Shown in pieces: positions 27,511-42,535 of a stretch of 64,000 bases of DNA (the first letter of the stretch is position 1; each line of letters starts with the position of its first letter). This DNA comes from Chrysomallon squamiferum (lineage: Eukaryota; Animalia; Mollusca). Below the pieces are notes generated by a model, which ran no database searches, was not told the DNA's origin, and was given only the letters and a program-made list of their open reading frames with translations. A program made the translations under genes and the position numbers. The stretch spans positions 8,804,001 to 8,868,000 of the forward strand of contig CM022665.1 of assembly GCA_012295275.1 (NCBI GenBank). Reading direction: 5' to 3'.

Positions 27511-29199
27511 TCTCAGAATATATTTAGACATTAAAAAATGTTTCTATTATAAACTAAAATGGTTCCTTGGTGCTAGAAGAAGGATTTATTTTAATAGATA
27601 ATCACAATAATGAAATTCATGTTGACATCACTGAATTCTTGTTTTGTGAAGTTAAAAGAATTAAACAATTCATAGGCACATTCACCTTAGTGGTATTTGT
27701 TATCGAAATAGTTTTTAAATCTCATAGATCTTACAAGTGGTTCCATGACTTGAGTTTATCATACTACACACAAATTAAAAATAAATATAAAATTATGATC
27801 ACAGTGATTAACACAGTTAATACTTTAATGCAAAAGTTTTTATATATGTATATTCAAACTTTATATTTTATAGGTATAATTTTTTTAATTTATCTTAATG
27901 AAATACCGAATAAAATATAAAATTAGAAAGAAAAGATAATTAATATTATGTTGTTGTTGTTAGTTTATTAATTTATTATTAATATTAATTTTTTTTTACA
28001 TTTATTATTCCTTTTAATTTAAAAATAGGAAGGTTTACAGCATCTGTTATGTAACATAAAATACAGGTCATTCACCTTAACTGGAGCAATTGATTCTAGC
28101 CCAGTAGTTCACACACAGATCTCTAGTTTCTGGGTTAATGATTGGAACAGTTTGTTTCACTTAATAGAAAGTGTAAGTTTGTTATATCCACAGGTAAATG
28201 TTATTATGTGTCTTATCAGAAGGAGGTTAACTTGTGTAATTCAGAGATGACATTTATGACTTTTTCACTTTGTAATAACTAACATGAGCTAATTTTCTTT
28301 TGTGTACAAGCAGAGTTAAATATAGATTATTGTATTCTATAATGATAATGCTCTTAGTGCGCCCTTATCTTTTCATTAGCCAAAATGTATAGAGGGATAT
28401 TTCATAACATATCTCTACATAATAATAAGTTGTCTTGTATGTGAAAACCATTAGTTTTATAATTGGGGTTTTTCCAAACAAATCTAAATTAAATAGGAGG
28501 CCCTTAACAGATAGAACTTTAATTCTGAATATGTAATTATGGTTATTAAACTTCATATTATAATGATTGCTTCAGAGAAAAACCAGAAAAGAATCTTTAT
28601 AATGGTGACCCAAAGATATTGCAGTGAGATTTCTCAAGTGAAAATACAAGAACTTTTTAAAAATGTTCTTATCTTATCATAAATGTGATAAATCTAACCC
28701 TGTTTCAAAAGCTGAGTAATGCATTTTTAATATACTTGTAATTTACAAATTTTTCATGGATACCAAAAGCTTAAACCACAGCAGCTTGGGCTAGATCAAT
28801 ACTGATGCTATAAAAAAAATTCAGTATGTCAGTATGCAAAGTAGACTGACCATACCAGTAAATGTTTATAAAATTTATCTTTCTAGATTAACTTTTCTGT
28901 AGATAATTCAGGTGGCACATGTTTTGGTCTGGGTCATTTTGAGTAAGCTTTGGGACATGTTTCGTTAGGTTGTTTCAGCTTGTATTTGTTTTGATCTTTA
29001 CACTCCTGTCAGTGAGAACATACATAAATATCCAGGGTGATCTTGTAGCATAAGACATATTATTTTTTATTAGTTGTACTAACACCTACTGTAAATATTG
29101 GTCAGTATCTTTATGCAAGTGAGTAAGAAATAGTTCAAACTTAATGGTATTTTAAATATTCATGGATGATTGTGAAAACTTCTTAACTTGAATATTCAC

Positions 29200-31668
29200 T
29201 GACATACTTGATAAAGTATAAGCCAACTATTTATTTGTTAACATTATAAACAGAGTTGCCATTACAAAATACCTGATAATCAGTTTCCAGTTTCAAATTT
29301 CAAATATGTTAAAACTCTTCTTATTTAATTTTTACACTTAAATGTTTATATTCCTCTTCTTCTAGTTTTAACATTTAAATGTTAAATTAACTCAAATATA
29401 AATTTTTTTTTGCTAAATAAATTTTACTTTCTAATTCATTTATTTAATTTCACAAAGATATCAAAATGTTCCCTGATGTCAAAAGACTGAATTTATTTTT
29501 CCTCTTCCGAAATTATTCAAGATAACTTATTTTTCATTTGAAAATTTATAGCTTCTATTCTGAGTAAATACTTCTCTCCTTTAACTGATTTTTTTTATTG
29601 CTTATTTCTGAAATCTTGCATTATGCGGTTATCGAAGTCTCTTGAAATTTAAACACTGTAAAGTATAAACTACTGGTTTAAATTTAGCTTTATTGAAAAT
29701 TCCCTAATGATAAAATATCTTTTAATATCCTTTACTCTCATACTGAGATTTTCAGTATACTTCATAGATTCTCTTCAGGTATTTTTGTATTTGTAAACTG
29801 ATATTTATTAATAACATAATTAAAGTTTTCTTTATCTTTAAGTCATTGGTAAGTTATTTTGACCAAATCATTTTTTAAAGTAGTTATTATAAATTTATAT
29901 TAGAATCAATAACTAAAAGGTTTAACTGACCCTCTTAAGAAAATTTTGTTTTTCTATTGGTACTTATTTCTGAAATCTGGTAAATTCATTTTTGAAAATC
30001 CTGGTTCAAATTCTCTTGTATTTTGAAAAGTAATCAAATTGTCTAAACACAAGATTTATTTTGTTATATAATCATCAGATAGCTGGCTGCAATTGGGATG
30101 TCTTATTTCATCAGTCTGAAGAATGAAATTATCAACTTTGAAACACACCTGTTTACCTTTATATCTAGATATTATTTTCTTTTGAATATGGGTTTGGCAT
30201 CCACAGTTTTGACCAGCTGTGGTTCAAGAATATTTCTTTAGATATTACAGTCCAACACACTGTTTACTAGAATACTGTAGTCAGGATAATTTGCATGGAT
30301 TTCAGTGATTCTTAGCAGTACCTGTTGGTAGGATTTCAACTGATTATAAGTTAAAATAGTGTCTTTTTATATGTGAGTCCTGAGCGGACCTGGAACCATA
30401 AATATCGATGGATAAAGTATATTAACTGAACTGTAGTTACAAAATACTTTCTCTATCCTTGTGAATTCTTTCCAACTGTACCTATGGTTATGTTCTCTTT
30501 TTATTTGGTAATCCATGAAACAGCAAAAATCAGCTATCTTGTTTCAAATTGCTAATGGCCATGTTTAAATTTTTCTGTATCCTTCATGATAAGATATATA
30601 TCTCTTAAGTTGAAATACTGCCGATCTGGTTTACATTTTCTTAAATTATTATGACAGATTATCTTGAACAGAATCCATCACTACATTTTGTTTCTGTAAC
30701 CCAGTATGCTACAGATAAATATAAAAATCTTATTTTGAAATATAGAGCCCATATTTTATTTTTCATCTACTCATAAGATGTTTTATCAGACTCCTGTGCT
30801 GTTTAAAATTTATTGTACCTAATTTATTTTATTTTATTTTATTTTATTTTTTTTTTTATTATTTTATTTTAATTGTTTGTATTTGGGGTGTTTTGGGGGT
30901 ATTTTTTTAAGAACTGGAACAGTTACTACTTTATATTAATGCAATCTATTTCACTGTAGGAAAAAAAAAATATATATATATATAACTGAAAAAGTAATAT
31001 TTGAAAATTATTTGATGTGCAGAATGTAAAAACAAATCAATTACCTTATTGTTAGCAAGTTATCATTAACTTAAAATTTGTTGTTTTGTCTCATACATAC
31101 TTAAATCTAGGTTTATCGTGTATTTTTGGGTGGGGTTTTGTATTAGTTTAGCTACCATACTTATTATTTCATGACCTTGTACATTGCAGTAAAAGTCAGT
31201 CTTATTACCAAAATAAAACATAAAATTCAGTTTCGATGTTACATCTTAATATATCCTAACTTACTATGATCAGTTATTTTTACATTAAAATATTAAATGT
31301 TCTTCTTTTATGAGCTAATTTTTCTGAATCTTTCTCTACTTATTGTTTTAATAACATGATTTATTGCATATACTATCACATTTTATCCTCAGAATATAAT
31401 TATGATGTTTCAGACTGCCTAAACTCCAGTTTAAAAGTTACTGTGTCCTAACTTATCATGATAAAAATGATCTTATAAATTTAAATATTGTTTGATCTCA
31501 GATATAAATTTTCCTGAATCTATCAAATAAATATTACTTTCTCTTTCTGTATCCTGGTAACACTGCATGAATACAAAGTCCAGACTTTTTTTTTTTTTTT
31601 TACACTGTGTAACTCACAGATTGATTTTCTTTAAATGATTATTTTTATTTTCACAGAATGGTTTTTTT

Positions 31669-31705
<37 letters not shown>

Positions 31706-32040
31706 TAACAGAAGATTAAACAAGTTTAACAGTATAAATTCCAAGCATGAAAGTTTCCTGTGTCTTATGTTATTGAGGATAGGTTCTTTTTAACTGATCC
31801 TTTAGTAGTTTCCTACTGTAACCTGGTACACTGCATTTACATTTGACATGTCTTGACATTGCCTCTGGGTTTCTTATCTAATCAGTGTCAAGAAAGACTG
31901 CCTTATTTTTTAAGTAATGATCACTCACAATAATGAGTTTTTTCCTGGTTTTTGAAATATTCATTTTATTAATGTCATCTTTTTTGTAAAAAATAGTTTC
32001 TTATAGAAACTTTTTTTGTATTTTTTCTTACTGAATCTAG
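29200..32040. repeat. Old, highly degenerate tandem array
   Basis: Recurring CTTATTTCTGAAATCT, TTTAACTGA and TTTCTGTATCCT motifs; period cannot be resolved by eye. Confidence 0.4.
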
Positions 32041-32369
32041 ATAATATTTATAGACAATAAACAAAATATTTTTTTAAAATAATTTTTGTTAACAAGACAT
32101 GACATAACACAAATAAAAACTAATAAAATAAATGAATAAATTATGTTAGTGGATAAAAGACTACCAATTACTTAATCCTTTAACTTTTTTTTCAACCTTT
32201 GTAATGATGTTGTAAATAAGTAAATTGAGAAATACAACTAAACTGAACGATCGATAAACTTATGTAAAGAATGTATTAACCAAAAAATGTCTGTGTACTT
32301 TCAAAGAAGTCTTAGCTGTAAATTATTCAAATTATTAAATGTTTAATAATATTTTAAAAAGTTATGCAT

Positions 32370-32883
32370 GCTATACGCATATTTCTGCGCAGACACGTGA
32401 TATGTTAGGTTCATCTTCTCTCTGCTGTCGGTTATTTGATAAAACACGTCACTTCATTCTGTGTCACTTTTCTTCTACTCTCTTTCAACTTGTGCAAGTG
32501 CTGCATATCACTCACAGATTCACAGGATAATCACTTAAAAAAAGAGACTGCACCCGACTAGGAAGTATCGTGCACCCATGTGTAAAAAGCAACAGAAAGT
32601 GACTTTTTCAAATACTTAACAAAATCTACTCAGTTCTACAGCCATTCTGTTTGCATTGACCTTTTTTTATTTTTTATTTTTTTTTATTTCCAAACGAAAG
32701 CACAAAAAGCTCACGTGACTGGGGTCAACCCTGCCTGCACTATCTGGTGCAGTGTACACATGTATATGTGCAGTTGGAGTAATGGCTGCACAGTTGTGTC
32801 TGGGACTGGGCTCTGATGCTGGGGACTAAGACAGACAGGTCCCACATCTGTCAGCACCCATACCTGCACATCATAGGAACTGA
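32370..32883 (+). promoter_or_regulatory. Candidate alternative promoter/5' UTR island
   Basis: Retained CpGs; CACGTG at 32394 and 32712, CACGTC at 32445; short uORFs; ends at a strong donor. Confidence 0.5.
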
Positions 32884-32903
32884 ATGACAGATTGTCCATC
32901 AAG
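32884..32903 (+). CDS. Candidate alternative first coding exon end (MTDCPS-R)
   Basis: ATG ACA GAT TGT CCA TCA AG|GTATGT, phase 2, at the 3' end of a CpG-retaining island with E-boxes. A second donor GTAAGT lies 4 nt downstream (32908). Confidence 0.5.
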
Positions 32904-34854
32904 GTATGTAAGTTAAGCTAGCAGACAGAGCCAGCTAGCCAGACAGTTCTGTTTGTGTCTCTGCTGCCCTCAATTTCAACATGCTGGCAGACAGCCAGTT
33001 TATTTTAGGTTATGAAGCAACTAGATTAAACAGTCTATTTATATTGCTCTGATAGTGGTAATGTTGTACTGTTAGCTGCATTGCTTTTTATTTCTTGTCA
33101 TTTTACAGACATGTCTGGGTTTTAAAAAAAAAAAAATTGTTTAGGTTTTTTTACATGTACTGACTGTAAAACATACAAGTTGTGCATTGAAATATCAGCC
33201 ATATTTTTTTTACCACTATTATGTAATATGGCGTGGTTTCATTGTCCTCGACCTTGTGGTAACTGCATATTTTGCACTTGGCAGATGAGAAACTGTACTC
33301 AAGAGTGTTTGCAGACATAAGGCAAAAGGCATGCATTTCTTTAACCCACAGAAATATTAAAATTTAAAAAGAAAGAAAAAAAAAAAAAAAGAATTAAAAA
33401 AATGAACAGATTAATATAGATAATTAAGAAAATTAATTATTTCTCAAAGATCCTATGATAACTGTTTATGTGATGAAATCTCAAACTCCTGGGTTGCTGT
33501 TTTGTTTTCACACAACAAAAATATACATACAGTTGTCCTCATCCTAAGCCGCTCATTTGCAAAGTATTTTTTATAAACATTGAGTGATAACACTGCAAAG
33601 TAGGAAATCAATTTTTTAACAGTATAATTCATGCACATTCCTAACTGTTGTACCAAAATTCAGAATTTAATGATTTTTGGTTCAGTAATATCGCTGAACG
33701 GAGATTTAAATAATCAACAATATATATATTGTAAGTTTATTAGCTATCATGTGTGGAATATTACCAGATACTGTTAATGCTATAAAATTTAAACAAATTA
33801 CACATAAATTTTACTTGCTCCAGTTTTTCAACATTTAATTTCTTAATTAAAATTAAATTCTAAATATAATTTGAATTAAGATATGCTATCTGTTATAACC
33901 GTTTCTTCTGACAAAAATATTTACATTTAACTAGAAATACAACAAATATAAAACAGAGTAACTGTATCAATGTCTGACAGTTTCTTTTGCTAGAAAATAC
34001 TTTTGATTAAACAATTTATTTTAAAAATGTAAGCTGCACCATTTTCTAAAATTTAAATTTGGTACAGAATGATGGAAATTTATGAAACACAGTTTGAAAT
34101 GATAGAAACTGACTTAAAAACAATTAATAATATTCCATAAAGTCATTATAAGTTAGGCTTTTAAAATAATGGAGAATAAGTTATCTCTCTTTGACTGAAC
34201 TCTCAGATTGTTTACTAGACTTGCTTGAAGAAATTCTTGATGTAAGCTAGGTTAAAATTGCACACTCCTACACCCACGCAGTAATTACAGAATCTGTTAC
34301 TATTATTATATACATCACCAGATCACACTGGTTGTAATTGTAATAGAATTTACTTGTCTTGAATGTAAAACAATGATAGTTATTTTATTACAAATTATAT
34401 CTCTTTATAGTTGTTAACTGAAATTAACAGATTATGTGTCGAAGATTCTGTTGTCATAAGTTCAGTCTCTGAAATAATTTGTTTCCCCATATATGTATAT
34501 AATATATATTTTTTTAACTTCAGTTTTTTCAAAATTCAAGATTATGTTTATCCTGTTTTCATTCATTAACACTTATGTAAACCGTATTTGTTGCTAAATA
34601 CTATTTTTTTATTATTATAATTGTTATTTATTTATTTGTGTATTGTTGTTATATATTTTTTAAGTATCTAAATGGAAAAGTATAATTGTGTCTCTGTCAG
34701 AATTGGCTAAATAGCTGTGCATTTTAAAAAGGTTCAGATTGTTAATTTTTTTAAACTTTTCAGTGAATACATATGAAATTAATGTGACCTACAGTTTCTA
34801 GCTGATATTTGTATTTCCTAAAATATTTTCAGGTTTGTTAGCATTTATATATTA

Positions 34855-35680
34855 CACTAAGTAATGTGTTTTATGGTTATTAAATCGTTATTTTAGCATG
34901 TTAGCTCTTGTTAAGTAACTGTTTTACTGTGATGACTTGTGAAGTAATTTAGTTTGCTCTATTAACTGTTATGAAGTTATTTATTTTGTCATGTTAGTTA
35001 TTGTTAAGTAACTATTTTATCAAGTTAATTATTGTAACTATTTTATCAAGTTAATTATTGTAACTATTTTACCAAGTCAGCTTGTGAAGTAAACTTTTTT
35101 GCCATGTTAACTTTCATGAAGCAATAGATTTTGCTATGCTAACTTGTGAAATAATCTATTTTGCCACCTTAACTGCTATGAAGAAACTTATTTTATTCTG
35201 TTAAAATTATGAAGTTATTTATCATGTTAACAGTACAAAAGATCTTTTACTCTGTTGTGAAGATTCTTATGTTAATAGCAGTAAAATTATTTATTTTATA
35301 TTAAATGTGGTGAAGAACATAGTTTATGTTAACTGCGTGAAATCACTTATTAAGTTAAGAATAGCAAAATATTTTATTTTATCATGTTAACTTATTATGA
35401 AATTACTTATGTTATCAATATTAACAAGTTACATATTTTATGAGGTTAATAAATATTGTGAAGTAACATTTTTATCATGTTAACAGTTGTGAAGTAACTA
35501 CTTTTATCATGAGAAATTATTCATCAGGTTAACTGTTGTGTAGTTATCTCCATTTTAACCACCGTGAAGTTATGTGTTATTTTAACAGTAGGAAAGCTGT
35601 TGTTTTTTTCTGTTGTGAAGTTACTTACTTTGTCATGTTAATTGTTAAATAAGCTGTTTTATAATGTTAACTGATGCAGA
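34855..35680. repeat. ~30 bp minisatellite
   Basis: Unit approx. CATGTTAACTGTTGTGAAGTAACTATTTTAT, with an exact 26 bp duplication at ~35008-35060. Confidence 0.88.
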
Positions 35681-36266
35681 AAGGAACACTAAAATGCCAT
35701 TTTGATGTTCAGATGAGATTATAAATAACTCTTTTCTACTGGTGTGCATGCATTTGTTATCTAATACATTATTTCTGAAATCATTATAATACAGGTTTGA
35801 AATGTAAACCACACAAAAGTTTTGTACACAAACATATATTGTGCACATGTGTGCATGTATATATCAGTGTTCATGTACTCATTTCATAAAAGAAACAGGA
35901 TGAAGGTACACAACAAGGCAGTTTCTGCCTCAGCTTTTGTTGGCTGCTGTTTGTTTTTTGTTTGTTTTTTCAAATTACATAAGAAGTAGTTTGATTTATA
36001 CTCTACTATATTTATCATCTGTGAGAATGTGTGACCTACTGTGCATAAGAATGTGAAAACGATGTGGTAGTATTGATGTTGGTGTCCTCACTCTATGGGT
36101 CACTGACTGGAAAACTCTGTCACTGGTGCAGTCAGTCGATAGCGTGTATGCAGTCTAGGGCCACTAATGCACTACACTGTATTGTATTGATGTCTGTCTG
36201 TGTACAAGATGCATTAGCTTCCTAATGCTCTGTTTGCCACACTGAATCATGACAAGTTGCACATGA

Positions 36267-36307
36267 ATGGAGCATGGAACAAAAACGTATGTGGCAAGAC
36301 TAGGTGG
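36267..36307 (+). CDS. Candidate alternative first coding exon end (MEHGTKTYVARLG-G)
   Basis: ATG at 36267, 13 codons plus GG, then GTAAGT at 36308, phase 2; ends a GC-richer block 36020-36310. Confidence 0.4.
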
Positions 36308-37617
36308 GTAAGTGAAATTTATGAAAACATGGTACTTTGTTATGTAGTATAAAGAATGCTCACCTGATGGGATGGAAGGTTCATACTTAAATTGAAAAAT
36401 TTCATATTTCAGCAAATGTCTGATGAAAAAAAAAAATTTGTTTAGAAAAAGTATTATTCTGTGTCTGGTGAGATTTTGTATTAGACTGGCTTTTTTTGCA
36501 CAATCTGTAACACGTATTATTGCTGTTGTTCCTTTGACTATTATTGTTGTTGTTATTATTATTACTGGAGATACAGATATGTCTATAATCATATATTTAT
36601 CATTAATAACATCTTTACAATTATCACAATTATTATTATTATCATTAATTTTGTTGTTATTACTTTTACTATTCTTGTTGCCATTTTTGTATCATTTCTT
36701 CATTTTAAGTAACTCATGACTCAGTCATTTTTAATAATGTTTTAAATTGATTTTTCATCTGAGACTTTATTGCATTTTGTACCCAACTCTGTTAGAGGTA
36801 ATTCTTGTACTTGCTGGAACCATTAGTCTTACTGGCACAGTTGTATTTCCGTTGCAAAATAACTCCAGGTGTTCTAACTGATTTCACAATGAATGACCTG
36901 AATAGTGTACAAATTGTCTTACAAGAAAAGATAGATCTGACCTAATGACTCTATTTGCAGTAAAGATAACATCTTAACTATGGTAATAATGGTTGTGATG
37001 TTCATATAATGATACTGCAGCTATTAGATGTCAAATCATATTATGTGGCAGACACGATGAGATCACATTAATATCAGAAAGATATCCCATTTGTTACAAA
37101 TAAAATAAATACTGGATTTCCATGGCCTCTGGAATATTGTGGAAAATGCTGTTTATTCTTGAATCATGTTAAAAAGTCCTGGATTTTCTTCAGTTAATTA
37201 TATATATCCCTAAAGATTTTCATATTTTCTACAGCCATTAGTATGGTTTTTATTTCATTTCTAATTTATGCCATTGTCTAGTCAGTGGTAACAAATATTT
37301 TACTGTTTAAATTATCCACCAGACTTTTATACATGTGTTGTTATTTATAAATTTCTGTTTTAGTAAAGTTTTTTTTTAAATTTTATTATTATTATTATTA
37401 TTTTAATTTTATTTATTTTAAAAAAAAAAAAAAAGAAGAAAAATCATTATATTTTCTTAAATTGTGAATAACCTGGAAAATGATAATCAAAACATGGATG
37501 AAATATGAAATTATTTTTAAACAATTTTAAAAACATCAGTTATCATTGTCCTTGTCAATATTTTAAATGAAGGTAATCCTGTGGCTCCAACCATAATGAC
37601 TGGCTTAACAATGGTTT

Positions 37618-37815
37618 TCTCTAGCTTAGTGGGTAGATCGTTGGTCTGGGTTATGGGATCAGTCTTTTATTGATCACATTTTGGACTATTTCTCATTCCA
37701 GCCATTATCTCCACAAAAGGTATATAAAACAATCTGGTAAGTACTGCCCTGTCTATGACAAGGTGAATTTCAAAGATATCATATTACTGAGCAGTAAGAA
37801 TTGTTCATGAATGAT
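37618..37815 (+). mobile_element. Decayed SINE-like copy with a tRNA-like head
   Basis: Begins TAGCTTAGTGGGTAGATCG (pol III A-box-like), followed by GGACTATTTCTCATTCCAGCCA and the family core. Confidence 0.6.
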
Positions 37816-39183
37816 GAAATGATGATTAAAAGAAAATAATAATAATAAAATAATTTAATAAATTAAATTGAAAAAACAACAACAAGCCCAGTGGATTTCA
37901 AATTCATATTGAAGTATTGCAGTGTTGTTTAAGCTGACATACATTTGTGATTCTTCTGACAATGCTAGAATAAATCAGAGCAAATTAATGCATCCTGTAT
38001 GCTGTTCCCTCATTACCCCAAAAATTACAACATTTAACTGTACTTTTTTGTTGTTATACTTTGTTATTAATAAAGATTGGATGGCAAAAAGAAGAACTAA
38101 TACATTAACTTGAAGTATTTAGACTATTTCTTTGAATCACCCAAGGTACATTTTAACCCTAACTGAATTGGACATAGCCTTGCAAGATTTGCTGAAACAG
38201 GATAAATTTGCCTTAAGCAAGCAAAGAATTGGGTAAATTCATCAAATTATACTTAACATCATGACATGTGCCAATTTAGCTTCTTTTTTTTTTTTTTCCA
38301 TTTTTTTTTCATTAGGAAGTCATAAATAATGTCAAAAAAAAAAAAAAAAAAAAAAAAATGAAAATAATAATAATAATAATAATTTTTTTGTTTTCTGTTT
38401 CCATCCCAGATTATTCAGAAGAGTGTTTCTGTTTTAGTTATTTGTTTTGACTTGGAATTATTTATTATAGGCCTTCATAGTAGAAAGTGGGTAAAAAAAT
38501 TAATATTTCACTAAAATATTTTTGTTATTTACCATAACATTAAATTATGTATTATACTTTTATAACAGAAAATAGGTTTAAAAATATATTTTATGCCTAA
38601 ATATTACATTTTTTTAAATTATTTTTTTGAAAATCAAATTAAAGATACTTTTATGGTAGAAAGCAGGTAAAAGAATAAATATTATGCTCAGATAATTTAT
38701 TTCTTTTAACATCAGATTATAGATAATTTTACTATAGAAAGCTTGTGGGGTGGGGGAATCAATAAAAAAAATATATATGTGTACTTTCTGTAATTTTTAT
38801 TTTTATTTTTATTTTTTTTATTATTTTTTTTTAAATCTTAAAAAAAGAAAAGAAGGAAGTCACTAGAAAGGTTACTATAGCAACCCAGTCAACAAACAAA
38901 AACAACTAAATCACTTGAGTTTTAGTGTACATAATTAAGATTAATAATTAAATTGTACCAAATAATTTAATTTTTTGTTGATTACCCTACTTTTTCTATA
39001 ATATTTGGAAAAAATGAATCAAAACATAAAAATATTTTTCTTTTTTAGTTTTTTTTTAATCATAGCTATAGTCTTTTACTTAGAAACTGTGAATTTACTT
39101 GTTTGGTATTTGGTGGAATTGAATGTTTGTAAAAATTGTTACATGTATGAAAATATATTTGATATTTAATAGCTGATCAACAG

Positions 39184-39226
<43 letters not shown>

Positions 39227-39614
39227 TTATTATTTGTTTTTATTTTTTATTTTAATTGATTTAAAAAATATATATTTGTGTATTTGTTTATTTATTTATT
39301 TATTTTGTTGTTTAATTCTTGTTTAATTGTTGTTTAGTAACCTATGTTAGGTCACTTATTTCAGTAAATGCTTCATCAATACACAAAAAAACATTAACAG
39401 ATTGATCTATATTTTGAACAATATACTTTTGTAAGATTACAAGTAACCCATTATTTTTCTTTGTTTTGTTCTCAGAAGTATGATTTCAGTAATGAAATAT
39501 TTTTTCTCTGTTGAATTCTTTATCTAAAAAAACATTTTAAAGTATTTATTTATAGTGAAAATAAAAAAATATTAACCTTTTTGGACTTAAAATCTACATA
39601 ATGTGATAATAGGT

Positions 39615-39760
39615 TATGGTTCAGTGGTTATATGGCTTGCCTGGAACATCTCATCTGTAGGATGAGTTCCATTTTCTTTACAGTTTAAAAAAAAAAAAAA
39701 TTATTTCCCATTCTGACCAAAAACCATTGGATTCCAGTATACTGACATGATTAAAATTCT
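39615..39760 (+). mobile_element. SINE-like head fragment
   Basis: GGTTCAGTGGTTATATGGCTTGCCTG head, then TATTTCCCATTCTGACCA matching ~37686. Confidence 0.35.
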
Positions 39761-42535
39761 GACAATCCTGAATTGAATGTGAATATGAAAGTGTTTATAC
39801 TTACTAAGTCACCTAGTACACATTTAATGGTTCACCTATGGCTCTGAATAATTTTATGATGGTGATTAAGTAATTACCTTTATGATGTTGGTTTTAGATG
39901 GCCTACAGATTTATCAAAGTTGACATATATATTTTATATATATATATTTTTTATTTTTTTGTATATGTTTTGATATGTCATGTACATATGTGTGTGTTGT
40001 GTGCTTTCTTTTCTAACATGTGTTGTAAATAAAATCTCCTTTGGTGCTAATTTAAAAGAGTAGATTATGGAATGGCAGAAGTATGTTCTCTTTCTTATAT
40101 CATCACTAATCACAGACTGTGTATTTTAACATAAATTTATTACTCATTATTTGAAAATGTTCTGAGTTGTCATTAAACGTGTTCACTCAGTAAATTATAT
40201 CAACTTCGAGGTAATATTTTAACTGAATTGGGACAGTGCCCTTAACAGTAAGTTTGTCAGATATGAAGGAATTTAAATTTGTAATTGTAATACATCTGAA
40301 CATGGCATATTTATGCAACTGTTGCACTATAACTTGGTGTATATAACATACCAGATATATAGTTCATTGTAGCCATGGTTGCTTCAGATTATATGTGATG
40401 TCGCTATTAATTTAATAAGGTAGATAATTTGAATGTCAAGGCTTTATGTTGTGTGTTATGTTTGACATTCAGTAGACAGTGATAGACAATTAATAAATTT
40501 ATTTTAATAATGTCTGTAACAAAAAAAAAAACCCTAACCAATAAACATTTTTTATTGTACAGTAATGATGTTTAGTGACATTTATATAAGTTTATTTAAT
40601 AATTTGTTAGCTGTCTTAAGTAACTGTGATTATAAAAAATTCATCTGTTTTGAGATATGGCAATTAAGAAGTGTAATTACATTTGGCTTTAACAATAGTA
40701 ATCTGCCAGTTACATTCAACTTAACTGATAATAATGTTCCAGTTATCTTTAAAGATAAACATGATTAGTTATAAACAGAACTATGGTTAAATTGTAAACA
40801 GTCAGTCCCCAAGGATACCAACATCTGGAGTTAACTAAACATTTTGAATCCTCTTGCACTTTTCTCATTATTAAAGATCATACAGACACTTTTAATAAAG
40901 ATTTTGTTTAAGCTAAAATTTATTAATTTCTATTAACAGTATGTTCCAAGTTGTGTTAATCTGTTGTTAACAGAAGCTTTAGAAATTAACAGCTTTTAGC
41001 TCTTCCATTAATGAATATTGACTGGAGAATTTAATGTGATTTACTTGGTGGTTCTAAGGAAGAAGATGGTGGACATTATTAAAGTAATGTCTACTAAGTC
41101 AGACCTCAGCAGACTAGCTTGAATTGTTTTAGTCTGGTTCTATTCATATTAGAAGCAAACATACTCATAATATTGCCATACAAAAACACAAATAATAATG
41201 TGCTGATGTTACAAAGCAAAATAAGTTCATGCATTCTCATTTTTCATACAAAAATAAATGAATGGGATTTGTATAACAAAACATGTCCATAGTCTCTCTC
41301 TCACACACACATAATTACTTCTACATGAAGGTAACAGAATGTGCTTTTGTAACCACAACTGTATAAAATTTTAAAGTAAATGCAAATTTAACACAGCATT
41401 ATTACAGTACAAATGACTGCAAGACAGATGGTAAAATTAAAAAGATAAGTAATTTTTCAATATGTTAAATTGATCTTCTGCCAACTACCAAAAATTAATC
41501 TTTAACAATATATATTAGCTGTGGAATTGCTTTAGCTAGTGATTATAAAAAAGCTTGAAATAAACTGACAATTTATTAATTATTTCATAAAAATGAGCAG
41601 TGAAATTTTACTGATCATTAAAATAATCAGAAGTTTATGTTTTAAGACAACCCTATGAATGTAAAAAGAAATATTTTTACAAGTTAACAAATAAATCAAA
41701 ATAAAAAGAAACAACTACAATCCCAAAAGACTTCCAGTCATCTGAGTTTAATAACAAATGCTTTCTTGTAACACAGAAATGATGTTTTAACTGGTTTTAA
41801 AGGTTAATGTTATCACAGGTGTTTCTGGCTAAGATTATTAGGCCATGTAACAATGTTTTTCAGACTATAGAGGTGTTATTTACATAACACATTTGAAATG
41901 TAATACTTTTTATCTGTAACAACTTTTCTTCATTATTAAACACATACACTTTGAGTTTCTGTAAATCTTGTACATTTGACTTATCAAGCTACTGATTAAA
42001 CCAATTAACTAGATATGCTGTGGTTATCTCCACTTATGTTACAGTGACATCTATTTCCTTTTCTGTTCTCATTATCATATTCTGTACTAATATATATATA
42101 TATATAAAAAAGGCGAATTTATCCCAAAAATTATATCATAAATATCTTCTTTACTTTTAAAAAAAATAATTTCAGAATGTGATATTAAACTAAACAACAA
42201 CTAAACTCCAGCATCTACAAAAAAAAATGATTTACCATCAAATTACAATTTAATGTTTTGAATGGTAGTTTAACAGTACAGATGTATACAGTTAATACAT
42301 TTTGTTACAGGAACTTTTGTTTTATGGATATACTGTGAAATTGAAAATAAGTCCAGCTCATTAATCAACATCATACATTCGTAAGTCAGTTGACTGTCAA
42401 AAGTATTTTTTATTTTACTTTCTAATTACATCAATGTTTTTGCTTTCTCAGGTTTTTGTGTGTCGTTTTTTCCCCCCAAATATTTTGATATTTTAAAAAT
42501 TACGAATACTTATAAATTGACTGTGTATTTTACAG

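Noticed and set aside
28065-28077. AGGTCA-T-TCACCT IR1-like element and scattered AAGGTCA half-sites (e.g. ~7886)
   Set aside because: Isolated imperfect matches are expected in 64 kb. I saw no perfect GGTCA-N3-TGACC ERE by eye.
37618-37660. tRNA gene
   Set aside because: Only an A-box-like head with no cloverleaf; it continues into the SINE-like body.
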